A DNA stretch of 59,828 bases, filler included. It is 4 parts of 4 records of this genome, joined end to end, with 100 filler letters (N's around TTAATTAATTAA, not from the genome) between each part and the next. Parts side by side here need not be neighbours in the genome. Positions count along the whole stretch, not along the records: positions 1 to 30,607 come from SRR2962707_3099; 3 more parts are not named here. One strand, written 5' to 3'. Shown here in pieces: positions 1 to 8,760 of the stretch. The first letter of the stretch is position 1; every line of letters begins with the position of its first letter. The notes under the pieces were generated by a model. It was not told the DNA's origin. It ran no database searches and saw only the letters and a list, made by a program, of their open reading frames with translations. The position numbers and the translations under genes were made by a program.

Positions 1-400
1 TGGTGTTCATATGGTGATCGTAATGCCAGGAAATGGCCTTCTTTCCCCACTCGGGTTCCAGGTGAGAGCGCCGGTGCACATAGAAGTACCGGCCAGCCGC
101 GTAGTAGGTGCCCAGTGTAAAAAACGGGGCTACCGGTAGCGCCAGAGAGGTAACCGCAGTGAGCGCAAGCAGGGAGGTGACTTCGTTCCGGGTGCGCCAG
201 TTGGACAACCCTTCTTCATAGCCTTCGTCGCGGTAATCCGTGGTGCGCACGATCTTGTGATGTTGCCAGTGGCTTTTCATGGACTTCGGTACCGGGCTGT
301 ATCTGGGTTTTCCCGGCCGTGGTGTCCCGTGGAGGATGTATTTATGGGCATACCATTCAACACCGTTGGCAAAAATCAGGGCGACCGGAAAGCCAATCAT
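1..400 (-). CDS. Sterol desaturase / fatty acid hydroxylase family protein (3' end beyond the window edge)
   Basis: Not in the ORF track because there is no stop codon. Hand translation from ATG 400 (RBS GAGGTG) gives MIGFPVALIFANGVEWYAHKYILHG...SHWQHHK...VHRRSH...WHYDHH, with the His boxes of membrane di-iron hydroxylases. Confidence 0.8.
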   Translation of the reverse strand, partial: MIGFPVALIFANGVEWYAHKYILHGTPRPGKPRYSPVPKSMKSHWQHHKIVRTTDYRDEGYEEGLSNWRTRNEVTSLLALTAVTSLALPVAPFFTLGTYYAAGRYFYVHRRSHLEPEWGKKAISWHYDHHMNT

Positions 401-576
401 GAATCACCTCTTTCAGAGCGTGGCTGAGTTTTCATCGTGCCATAGCCGCCTCGAATTTCTGTGCTCATTTGCGTCAGCTTGTCAGGCCCCGTTGGCGGAA
501 TCGGACAACCTGATCAAATTGCCTCCAACATTGGGCGCCCCAGGGATGACGAGGGTCGGGCGAACCTATCCTGAGA

Positions 577-611
577 CTTCGCACAGAGTTATCCACAGAT
601 TCTGTGGGCAA
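577..611. promoter_or_regulatory. DnaA-box cluster, copy 1
   Basis: CTTCGCACA-GAG-TTATCCACA-GATTC-TGTGGGCAA: a perfect central box plus an inverted degenerate box, intergenic. Confidence 0.6.
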
Positions 612-721
612 ACCGCTGAGTGATCCGCAGCCGTGCAGGTTCGTAATTCCCCGTAGTTGGGTGCAATCGCTTGAGAGTTCCGGTAGTGTCGCGCCCTTTT
701 TGCCGCAAGGACCCATTCCCA

Positions 722-2278
722 ATGACCGCCGAGACTATCCCTAAACCCAAGGCAAGCGAGAGCGTCTGGAGCGACAGTGATCCCGTTGTGCTGGTTCTGA
801 CCATTGGCTTTATTCTGCTGTTTGTTGGTGCTTCTGTTGTCGATGCCGATTACGTGGCTGACCTGATTGGTCACGGTTTTTCGTGGACCGCAAAATATCT
901 TGGTTCTTTTTTCCAGCTGCTCCTGCTGCTCACGTTTTTTGTGGCGGTTGCCACGGGCATAAGCGGGGCCGGTAGGGCCAGGATTGGAGGGCTGGATGAG
1001 CCGGAGATTGGCCGGTTCCGCTGGCTATCGATGATCATGTGTACGTTGCTGGCCGGTGGCGGAGTCTTCTTCGCAGCAGGTGAGCCGGTCTATCATTTTG
1101 TGGTCACCCCGCCGGCGTTCGACACCGAGGCCGCGTCCCCTGCCGCCGTTGCACCTGCGCTTGCCCAGTCATTTATGCACTGGGGGTTTCTAGCCTGGGC
1201 TGTGCTTGGTTCATTAACGGCCATCGTGCTCTCGCGCGCGCACTACTCACAAGGGCAGCCGCTGCAGCCACGGACGCTGCTTTATCCCGTTTTAGGTGAG
1301 CGCGTCGTCCGCGGGCGCCTGGGCGGAGTCGTGGATGCTGCCTGCGTGATCGCCGTGGTTGCTGGCACCGTGGGCCCGATCGGCTTTCTGGCGACACAGA
1401 TGAGCTTTGGCTTGCATGAGCTTTTTGGTGTCTCCGATGATTATGGCACCCAGCTCATGGTTCTGACCGTGCTGGCCGGGGTATACATGACATCCGCAAT
1501 GACCGGACTGCATCGGGGTATCCAACTGCTCAGTCGTTTCAACGTCATCCTGGCGCTGGTCATCGCCGGCGTTATATTTGTGTTTGGCCCAACGCTATTC
1601 CTTACGGATGTCTACGTGCAATCCATGGGGCAGTATCTGGGCTCGTTTTTCTCCATGGCCACGATGACAGCACAAACGGCGCCCGATTGGTGGATGAAGT
1701 GGTGGACGGTGTTTTTCTTTGCCTGGTTTATTGGCTATACCCCCTTGATGGCAGTGTTTGTATCGAGAATCTCACGGGGTAGAACAGTCCGTGAAACCAT
1801 CATGGCGGTCGCCATACTGGCACCCATCGCTACGACCATCTGGTTCACGTTGCTGGGTGGATCCGGCATCTATCATCAGCTGTCTGGCACGTTTGATTTG
1901 ACCGACGCCCTCAACAGCTTTCAGTTCGATGTCGCCACATTGACGGTTGCGCAGGCACTGCCGGGAGGCACCTGGATGGCGGCCGCCATCCTGTTGTTGA
2001 CCACTATCTTTGTGGCGACAACCGGAGATTCGATGAGCTACTCCATTGCGATGGTGGGGGCTGGCCATGACGAGCCGCAACCCTGGATTCGGGTTTTCTG
2101 GGGTGGCGCCATGGCACTGATGGCCGCGATTCTTCTCTATATGGGGGCGGGTCAGATTGGCGTGTTGCAACAGTTCATTGTCATCACAGCCATTCCGGTG
2201 TCGTTGATTATTCTCCCTTCTCTGTGGACCGGTCCCCGGGCCGCCGCAGCCCTGGCGAAAGAGCAGGGGCTGACTTAG
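722..2278 (+). CDS. BCCT family transporter (betaine/carnitine/choline)
   Basis: About 12 TM segments; BCCT motifs WLSMIMCTLLAGGGVFF, FMHWGFLAW, WWTVFFFAWFIGY, RISRGRTVRE. Likely start ATG 722. Confidence 0.92.
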   Translation: MTAETIPKPKASESVWSDSDPVVLVLTIGFILLFVGASVVDADYVADLIGHGFSWTAKYLGSFFQLLLLLTFFVAVATGISGAGRARIGGLDEPEIGRFRWLSMIMCTLLAGGGVFFAAGEPVYHFVVTPPAFDTEAASPAAVAPALAQSFMHWGFLAWAVLGSLTAIVLSRAHYSQGQPLQPRTLLYPVLGERVVRGRLGGVVDAACVIAVVAGTVGPIGFLATQMSFGLHELFGVSDDYGTQLMVLTVLAGVYMTSAMTGLHRGIQLLSRFNVILALVIAGVIFVFGPTLFLTDVYVQSMGQYLGSFFSMATMTAQTAPDWWMKWWTVFFFAWFIGYTPLMAVFVSRISRGRTVRETIMAVAILAPIATTIWFTLLGGSGIYHQLSGTFDLTDALNSFQFDVATLTVAQALPGGTWMAAAILLLTTIFVATTGDSMSYSIAMVGAGHDEPQPWIRVFWGGAMALMAAILLYMGAGQIGVLQQFIVITAIPVSLIILPSLWTGPRAAAALAKEQGLT

Positions 2279-2688
2279 GTTTTTACTTTCCCCCTCAGGG
2301 ATTTGATCTCCCCACGGCGGGTTTTGTTATCCACACGCCGCCGTTGGGAGGATTTCGTAGGCCGTGTTGGCCGGCGGGCTTTTTGCGGCTTTACTGCCTC
2401 CTGAATGAGAGTCTTGAGTCGGTTCAGCGCGTCCTCTTTGTTTTGCTCAAACGTGCGGAAAGACTGCCCCTTGATCACAATCACGCCGTCTTTACTGATG
2501 CGCTGGTCGGACAATGCCATCAAACGTTCTTTGTAAAACGGCGGCAGGGTGGAATGCAGGACGTCGAACCGGAGGTGAACGGCAGAGGCAACCTTATTCA
2601 CATTCTGGCCGCCTGCCCCCTGGGACCGTATCTGCGTAATCTGGATTTCCCAGTCTGCCAGTTCGACGGCATTGGATAATTTCAGCAT
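2275..2688 (-). CDS. arfB: Alternative ribosome-rescue peptidyl-tRNA hydrolase ArfB
   Basis: GAGGQNVNKV GGQ motif and basic C-tail RRPTRPTKSSQRRRVDNK. Stop overlaps the convergent BCCT stop. Confidence 0.95.
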   Translation of the reverse strand: MLKLSNAVELADWEIQITQIRSQGAGGQNVNKVASAVHLRFDVLHSTLPPFYKERLMALSDQRISKDGVIVIKGQSFRTFEQNKEDALNRLKTLIQEAVKPQKARRPTRPTKSSQRRRVDNKTRRGEIKSLRGKVKT

Positions 2689-2784
2689 AGTGGCACGTGT
2701 TGAGAGCTCGGATTCGGGTGTTTACGAGTATCATCCTACGCAATCCGGCAACCAATCAGAAGCGATGAACACAGGGGACACCGA

Positions 2785-3462
2785 ATGAAAGTGATGGTTT
2801 TAGGCGCTACCGGCCTGACCGGAGGCATGGTGGTGGAGAAACTCCTCGAGCAGCGGGAGATATCAACGGTGATCGCTCCGGTTCGCCGGCCGATGGTCGT
2901 GGAAAATCCGAAACTGGAGCAGCGCTTCATGGATTTTGATGCGATGGAGGCTCAGCCTGACGCTTTCCAGGTGGATGTCCTGATCTGTTGTCTTGGAACA
3001 ACCCTGAAAAAGGCAGGCTCCAGAGAAGCCTTTCGCAAGGTCGATCATGACTATGCATTGAAGGCAGCTCAGATGGCCCGTAACGCCGGTGCACGGGCAT
3101 TGATTCTGATGTCGGCCATCGGAGCATCTTCGCAATCCCCGGTTTTCTACAATCGAGTCAAAGGAGAGCTTGAGGAAAATGTCCGGGCGCTGAAATTTCC
3201 TTATCTTGCGATCTACCACCCGAGCCTGTTGCTGGGGCAGCGCAAGGAGGCTCGAACGGCCGAGGCTCTTGGTGTGGCCGTCATGCCGGTTGCGAATCGG
3301 GCGTTGATCGGGCCACTGAGAAAATATCGGGCGATTGACGCGGAAGCCGTAGCGTCGGCCATGGTCAACGAGCTTGAGACCATTAGCGGAATCACTTCGT
3401 GCGGTGCAGTGGTGAGAGTGTGGGAGTACGACGATATCTTAACGATGGGCAATCGTCGCTAA
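2785..3462 (+). CDS. NAD(P)H-binding atypical SDR (YraR/TIP30-like)
   Basis: GATGLTG Rossmann motif, CCLGTT..KAGS, FRKVD, YNRVKG. Confidence 0.85.
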   Translation: MKVMVLGATGLTGGMVVEKLLEQREISTVIAPVRRPMVVENPKLEQRFMDFDAMEAQPDAFQVDVLICCLGTTLKKAGSREAFRKVDHDYALKAAQMARNAGARALILMSAIGASSQSPVFYNRVKGELEENVRALKFPYLAIYHPSLLLGQRKEARTAEALGVAVMPVANRALIGPLRKYRAIDAEAVASAMVNELETISGITSCGAVVRVWEYDDILTMGNRR

Positions 3463-3525
3463 TGCGGTCCTTCACCTGATGTAAAATCCGGGTCACTGTT
3501 CCCGGGCGATCGATGAGGTTGATTA

Positions 3526-4380
3526 ATGAAATATGTACTTTTTCCTTTTATGGTGTTTTCCGTACTCATGGCGACAGGGTGCAGTCGCCCGGAATCGCCC
3601 CAGGAAGTATCGGAAGCGTTTTGGCAAGCTGTACTTGAAGAGGATGCTGAAGCGGCCGCAGATTATTCAACCCTGGTCGATGAAGCGGCATTCGATGGTT
3701 TTGAACAGCAATGGCAGAACGTGAGCATTGAGTGGGGGCGTGTGGTCATTGATGACAATCTGGCCCGGGTAACCACCACCCTGAGTGGTCTGGAGGGCCA
3801 GAACGAAGCCACGGAGTCCTTAACCTATCTGGTACGTAAAGGTGACGACTGGCTGGTGGATTATTATCGCACCGGCGATGCCCTGAAACAGGGCCCGGTT
3901 TGGGGAAGTCTTGTTGGGCAGCTGGAAAGACTGGGTGAAGATCTCAAGAGTCGCTGGGCAAATCAATCCGATGAGATGGCGGTAGAGCTTGAGAGGCTGG
4001 GGCGGGAGTTGCAGCAACAGGCCCAGAGTATGAATGAAGATATGTCGGCGTTGGCTGAAGAGTACGGTGACCAGTTGAGCCAGCATCTGGAAGAGCTGTC
4101 TGAATCCCTGCGGGAAGCGCTTGAATCTACCCCATCTGCAACGCCGCAGGACAGACGTACCTTGAACGAAACGGTAATCAGGCTTGAAGACCAGCGGGCG
4201 CAGTTGTCTGAAGCCAACTTGAAAACGCTTGCGGAGAGCACCGCGACCGCCGCCGAAGCCCAGCTGCAATTGAGCGAATTGAGCGAGGAGTTTGCGGCCT
4301 ACAAGGCGGAATGGCGGCAACGTGTTGTCGACATGCAAGCAGAAATGGCTGAGTTTCTGGAGAATCTGAAGACCCGCTGA
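3526..4380 (+). CDS. Hypothetical lipoprotein with acidic coiled-coil C-terminal half
   Basis: Signal peptide ending MATGC, RBS GAGG, helical E/L/Q-rich C-terminus. Confidence 0.75.
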   Translation: MKYVLFPFMVFSVLMATGCSRPESPQEVSEAFWQAVLEEDAEAAADYSTLVDEAAFDGFEQQWQNVSIEWGRVVIDDNLARVTTTLSGLEGQNEATESLTYLVRKGDDWLVDYYRTGDALKQGPVWGSLVGQLERLGEDLKSRWANQSDEMAVELERLGRELQQQAQSMNEDMSALAEEYGDQLSQHLEELSESLREALESTPSATPQDRRTLNETVIRLEDQRAQLSEANLKTLAESTATAAEAQLQLSELSEEFAAYKAEWRQRVVDMQAEMAEFLENLKTR

Positions 4381-4398
4381 GCTCAGGGGGGGGCTCCT

Positions 4399-4526
4399 TG
4401 CCCTTCCATGGTGCGTATTTTTTGCTGGTGCACCCCCGATGGTGCGCCCTCTCATCATTTGAATCCGGCAATTGCTACCTCCCTTCAGGTTTTGACCAGT
4501 CCGCCGGTTCAGGCCCGCTCTTTGCT
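4399..4526 (+). promoter_or_regulatory. Putative sigma54 promoter with upstream NtrC-like enhancer sites
   Basis: AGGCCC-GCTCT-TTGCT at 4511-4526 has correct -24 GG / -12 GC spacing. TGCCCTTCCATGGTGCG (4399-4415) and TGCACCCCCGATGGTGCG (4429-4446) resemble the NtrC site TGCACC-N4-TGGTGCA. Confidence 0.55.
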
Positions 4527-4606
4527 TAGCTTCCTTCTGAAAGCAGGTATGTTTGCACCACATCGTTGTAGTGCAGGCATGCAGTACTGATTGAGGAAGG
4601 CGCGCT

Positions 4607-6748
4607 ATGACTTTACGCAGTGATTCCATGAACCTTTCATCCGATGAGCGGGGCTGGTTGCCCTGGTTTGGGGCCACAGGTAAGTTGCGGATGGGATGGT
4701 CCTGTTTTTTGAACCGCCAGCAATATGCAACGAATGAAGAGATATTCGAGAGCATCGCGAAAACCCGTCGCGAAGCGCTGATTAACTGGGCAAATGGCAA
4801 GTGGGCCTTCCTTGAGGGGCTTGCGGCACGGCTTGAGGGTAGCGAACAGGATAGCATTTCAGAGGTGCTGGATTCGGCCGTTACGCGCCTCCGGGAAATC
4901 TCCGAGCTTTTCGTTGTGAAAGAAGATGGCTCTGTTGTCGCTTCGACGGTGACCGGCAGAACCGGAGCCGCAGGCCTCATGCCCGCGGCCGTGCAACGAG
5001 GGGTGAGAGAGCGGTTTCTCCACGGGCCCTACAGTGATCCGGTCACCTTGCAGCTCGGTGCCACAACCTCCAGGTTTCATGACGATGTCACGCTGATGTT
5101 CTACCAGCCGGTCGCTCTCGCTGGCAATCAGGCAGCGGCAGTCTGTGCCCGGGTTCCGAACGATGTCATGAGTGACCTGATTCAGCGCGAAGCCGGGCAC
5201 ATTTTTGAAGAGTCCGGCGACAACTACATTTTCATGATCGACAGTCAGTTTGATCCGTCGATCAGACCGGGAGTTGCCCTGTCGCGCTCGCGGTTTGAAG
5301 ACGCCACCTTCAGTCACGGTGACAACCTCAAAGACGGAATCCGTACGGGCTTCGGTACAGTACGGATTCGGGAACACACCGAGTTCGAAATACGTTTCAC
5401 CGACCCGGCTACGGGGCAGTTGCACCCGGGGGTACGGGAAACCATGGCCCGCGGTGAAAACCTCTACGTTAAGTACCCCGGCTATTCCGACTATCGCCAC
5501 ATACCGGTGATTGGCAAAGGCGTGACCTTCCAGTTACCCGGATCTCCTGATCGTTGGGGCATGATGTGTGAAGGCGACCTGGAGGAGGTGTATCGGAAAC
5601 GTTCGGTCAGCTATCGACTGACGGCGCGGCTCGGGGTCCTTATGGCGCTTATCTGGGCAGCAAACGTAGCGGTTTCGGCAAGCGGTGCTCCCCTGTGGCT
5701 GGAAGCCTCCGTGAACGCGATGGTTGCGCTCCTGGGGCTTGTCATCTTCCGGGCAAGTTCCGCCAAACCATTGGCAGATAGCCTGTCATCACTCGCGGAT
5801 GTCATACGAAACATTGCCGAAGGAGGCGGGAATCTGCGCCAGCGTCTCGATGTTGGCAAGACCAAGCGGGATGAGAGCGGGGATCTCGCGCGCTGGATGA
5901 ACAGCTTTCTGGATACCCTCGACGGCATGGTGGGGCAGGTCATCAGTCTTGCGGGTGAATCCCGCTCCGCCAGTGAACACCTTGTGGGTCAGAACCGCCA
6001 GGCGGATGAAAAGATTCAGCAGGTGGTACACGACATAGAGCAGATGCTGAAGGGCGCAGATCTGCAGCAGAACGAAATCGAAAATGCCTCGACCACGGCA
6101 CAGGAAATGCGGGTAAGCATGGAAGAAGTGGTGGCTCGCGCCAAAGATCAGTTTGCCCGTGTCAGCCGTGAAACCGAGAGCATTCGCGACGTTATCGTGC
6201 GTTCGGCCGAGGGTATTCGCGCCGCGAGTGAACGCACGGACGAGATCGGCAAGGCGGCTGAAATGATTAACGACATTGCTGCCCAGACCAATCTTCTAGC
6301 GCTCAATGCAGCCATAGAAGCGGCTCGGGCTGGTGAGGCAGGGCGGGGATTTGCAGTCGTCGCCGATGAGGTCCGGCAACTGGCCAGTCGGACAGCCCAG
6401 GCCACGACGGAAATTGATGAGCGTCTGTATCGGGTGCGGGAAGAAACTCAGCGCGCCGTAACCACAATGGAAGAAGGCATGGCAGAGATGGAGGCCCGTC
6501 TGGCTCAGGCCCGGGCGGCGTCGGATGATAATGCCGAACTGCATCACATGGTCGACAAGCTCTTCCGGGCGATCTCGGGCATTGCGGAAACCAACGAGGT
6601 CCAGAGTGCCCAGACCAGTGGCGTTGCTGACAGCGTAAGCTTCATGACGACGGTAATCGCGGGGTTGACGGCAAGCTCGGAGATGACGCACGTTTCAGCG
6701 AACAAGCTGAAAAGTCTGACCGGTCAGTTTCAGGTGAGTCATGCGTAA
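4607..6748 (+). CDS. Methyl-accepting chemotaxis protein with large N-terminal sensor region
   Basis: Signalling hairpin [38 protein letters not shown] domain, TM pair near aa 340-385. Confidence 0.93.
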   Translation: MTLRSDSMNLSSDERGWLPWFGATGKLRMGWSCFLNRQQYATNEEIFESIAKTRREALINWANGKWAFLEGLAARLEGSEQDSISEVLDSAVTRLREISELFVVKEDGSVVASTVTGRTGAAGLMPAAVQRGVRERFLHGPYSDPVTLQLGATTSRFHDDVTLMFYQPVALAGNQAAAVCARVPNDVMSDLIQREAGHIFEESGDNYIFMIDSQFDPSIRPGVALSRSRFEDATFSHGDNLKDGIRTGFGTVRIREHTEFEIRFTDPATGQLHPGVRETMARGENLYVKYPGYSDYRHIPVIGKGVTFQLPGSPDRWGMMCEGDLEEVYRKRSVSYRLTARLGVLMALIWAANVAVSASGAPLWLEASVNAMVALLGLVIFRASSAKPLADSLSSLADVIRNIAEGGGNLRQRLDVGKTKRDESGDLARWMNSFLDTLDGMVGQVISLAGESRSASEHLVGQNRQADEKIQQVVHDIEQMLKGADLQQNEIENASTTAQEMRVSMEEVVARAKDQFARVSRETESIRDVIVRSAEGIRAASERTDEIGKAAEMINDIAAQTNLLALNAAIEAARAGEAGRGFAVVADEVRQLASRTAQATTEIDERLYRVREETQRAVTTMEEGMAEMEARLAQARAASDDNAELHHMVDKLFRAISGIAETNEVQSAQTSGVADSVSFMTTVIAGLTASSEMTHVSANKLKSLTGQFQVSHA

Positions 6749-6749
6749 G

Positions 6750-6791
6750 TTGCTGGCCCCGCGTTAGCCTGAGAGCTGGCGGGGCCGGCAA
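6750..6791. terminator. GC-rich stem-loop between convergent genes
   Basis: TTGCTGGCCCCGC...GCGGGGCCGGCAA inverted repeat; no canonical downstream U-tract. Confidence 0.45.
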
Positions 6792-6806
6792 AAAGTCACT
6801 TGGTGA

Positions 6807-7550
6807 TCAAAGCCCGTAAGAGCGCGAAATGGTGTCTATCTCACCGCTTTCCTGCATGGCCTGGTAAGCTAAATTCAGGGCTTTGATCAAGTCGGGATCA
6901 AAGTCCTTGTTAATGGCCAGATACATAGGGGTTTCGCGGAAAACCAGAACTGCCTCAAGGCCGGTCACGTCGGAGGCATCGGCGGCCAGGTAGGGGCCTG
7001 CCAGGCCATCGGCCACCCATAGATCGATCTGATCCTGCTCCAGCCGCTTGGCATTCAGTCCATTGTTGGTGATGGCGGAAACGTCGAATCCTTTGTCTTC
7101 AAGGTATCCCGTCATCACATCGCCTTTGTAGCCACCGATACGGTAATCACGGGCATCCTCAAGATCGTCCAGTTTGATGCTGGAGCCGGGCTTGGCAAAC
7201 AGGGTCCACTTGATGCTGGAGAGTGGTCCCACCCATTCAAAGAAAGGCTCCCGCTCGTCTGTCTTGGATACGCAGTAGATACCGTGGTCTTCGTGCCGTT
7301 GGGCGCGGTTCATGCCATAGCTGAGGTCACGCAGTTTGATGCTGTAGTCGACCTTGGCATTCTCAAGAACAGCTTTGAGCACATCGGTGCAGAGGCCGGT
7401 GATTTCGGATTCTGAATGGGCAAAGGGCTGACCGTTGGTGGTCATGTTATAAGGAGGATACTGTTCGGTGTAAACGCGCAATTGCTCGGAAGCAGTGGCA
7501 CAGCCGGCCAGAACCAGCATGGCGGCGAGAAGTCCGAGTTTCCCTTTCAT
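6807..7550 (-). CDS. Periplasmic substrate-binding protein, family 3 (orphan, lipoprotein-like)
   Basis: TEQYPPYN and FEWVGP motifs, LAGC lipobox. Likely start ATG 7550. Confidence 0.85.
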   Translation of the reverse strand: MKGKLGLLAAMLVLAGCATASEQLRVYTEQYPPYNMTTNGQPFAHSESEITGLCTDVLKAVLENAKVDYSIKLRDLSYGMNRAQRHEDHGIYCVSKTDEREPFFEWVGPLSSIKWTLFAKPGSSIKLDDLEDARDYRIGGYKGDVMTGYLEDKGFDVSAITNNGLNAKRLEQDQIDLWVADGLAGPYLAADASDVTGLEAVLVFRETPMYLAINKDFDPDLIKALNLAYQAMQESGEIDTISRSYGL

Positions 7551-7690
7551 GAGGATGCTCCGTTTTCGGTTGAGAATTTGGGAGCTCACTATGATATTCA
7601 ACCGGTGTTCAATGAGGCAGCTCGGATTCCTCTGCTTTACATTAGTGTCTTTCAGTGGTTGCGGTTAGTTAATGTTGTGTCCTGAGTGAT

Positions 7691-8629
7691 TCAGGCCGCA
7701 ACAATACGGTTTCTCCCTGCGTCTTTTGCTTCGTAGAGCCGTCCATCGACAGTAGCCAGAAATTCGGTTAGTGAATCATTCTGCGACGGAATAATGGTAC
7801 CGATACCCATGCTGAGTGTTACCAGCTGGCTCGCCGAATTATCAGCATGGGGAATCTGTTCACGAAGCAGCTCACTGATGCATCGCTCCGCCACTCTCAC
7901 GGCGGCATCGGCATCGCTTTCCGGCAGAACAATGACGAACTCTTCGCCACCGAATCGTCCCACAAAGTCTTTGGGGCGTTTAATGGCTTTTGCTAGCACG
8001 GAGCTAACCCGTCGCAGGCATTCGTCGCCCTGAATGTGGCCATATAAATCGTTGTATTGTTTGAAATGGTCGATATCGAGAAGAATCAGTGATAACGGCT
8101 GACGGTTGCGCTGTGCGCTGAGCCAGGTGTCTTCAATAACGGTGTCGAACATCCGTCGATTGGACAAACCGGTCAGGCCATCCTTGAATGAGTATTCTTC
8201 GAGTTTCTTCTGAAGGGCTATCAGCTTCTCCTCGGTTTTCTTGCGTTCGCTGATGTCGAACATGAAGCCGATCAGGGCTTCTACTTCGCCACTGTCATCG
8301 CGAACAACATGCACGACGTCACGTATCCAGACATAGTGACCGTCCCGATGCAGAGCGCGGTAGTCTGCTTCATGATCGACGCCGCACTCCGATTGTTTGA
8401 CGCAGAAATTGACGACCCACTCCTGATCCTCCGGATGCATACGGGTGGCCCAGTCTTCGACACTTTTCCAGCTATCCTGGGGCCAGCCCAGCAATGCTTC
8501 TATCTGCGGGCCGATGTATTCGAACGCCATGGTCTGCCAGTTGATTTTCCATGGAATCGCCTTTGTGGATTCCAGCAGAGCCTTGTAGACAGAGCTGTCC
8601 GGCGTCATTTCGATGGATTGTTCTGGCAT
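7691..8629 (-). CDS. PAS-domain diguanylate cyclase
   Basis: PAS (HPEDQEWV, DGHYVWIRD) followed by GGDEF domain (DGLTGLSNRR, DIDHFKQYND, RFGGEEF). Confidence 0.93.
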   Translation of the reverse strand: MPEQSIEMTPDSSVYKALLESTKAIPWKINWQTMAFEYIGPQIEALLGWPQDSWKSVEDWATRMHPEDQEWVVNFCVKQSECGVDHEADYRALHRDGHYVWIRDVVHVVRDDSGEVEALIGFMFDISERKKTEEKLIALQKKLEEYSFKDGLTGLSNRRMFDTVIEDTWLSAQRNRQPLSLILLDIDHFKQYNDLYGHIQGDECLRRVSSVLAKAIKRPKDFVGRFGGEEFVIVLPESDADAAVRVAERCISELLREQIPHADNSASQLVTLSMGIGTIIPSQNDSLTEFLATVDGRLYEAKDAGRNRIVAA

Positions 8630-8760
8630 GTCTGGTTCCCCCGGAGATGTGCGCGGGCTACGGTCTGATATGTCGAGTATGTCATGACTTTGCGGCTAGA
8701 ATACTGCTTTTATGTCACTGACAGTGATCTTTCGCAACTGACAAGACAAGGAAACGTCCA

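Noticed and set aside
577-613. Possible oriC
   Set aside because: Only three boxes, no AT-rich unwinding element, and no dnaA, gidA or parAB nearby.
2327-2602. DnaA-box matches TTATCCACA (2327) and TTATTCACA (2594)
   Set aside because: Both lie inside arfB, are explained by VDN/VNK codons, and are isolated.
3820-4980. 386-aa minus-strand ORF
   Set aside because: Antisense shadow of the lipoprotein and MCP genes; no motifs.
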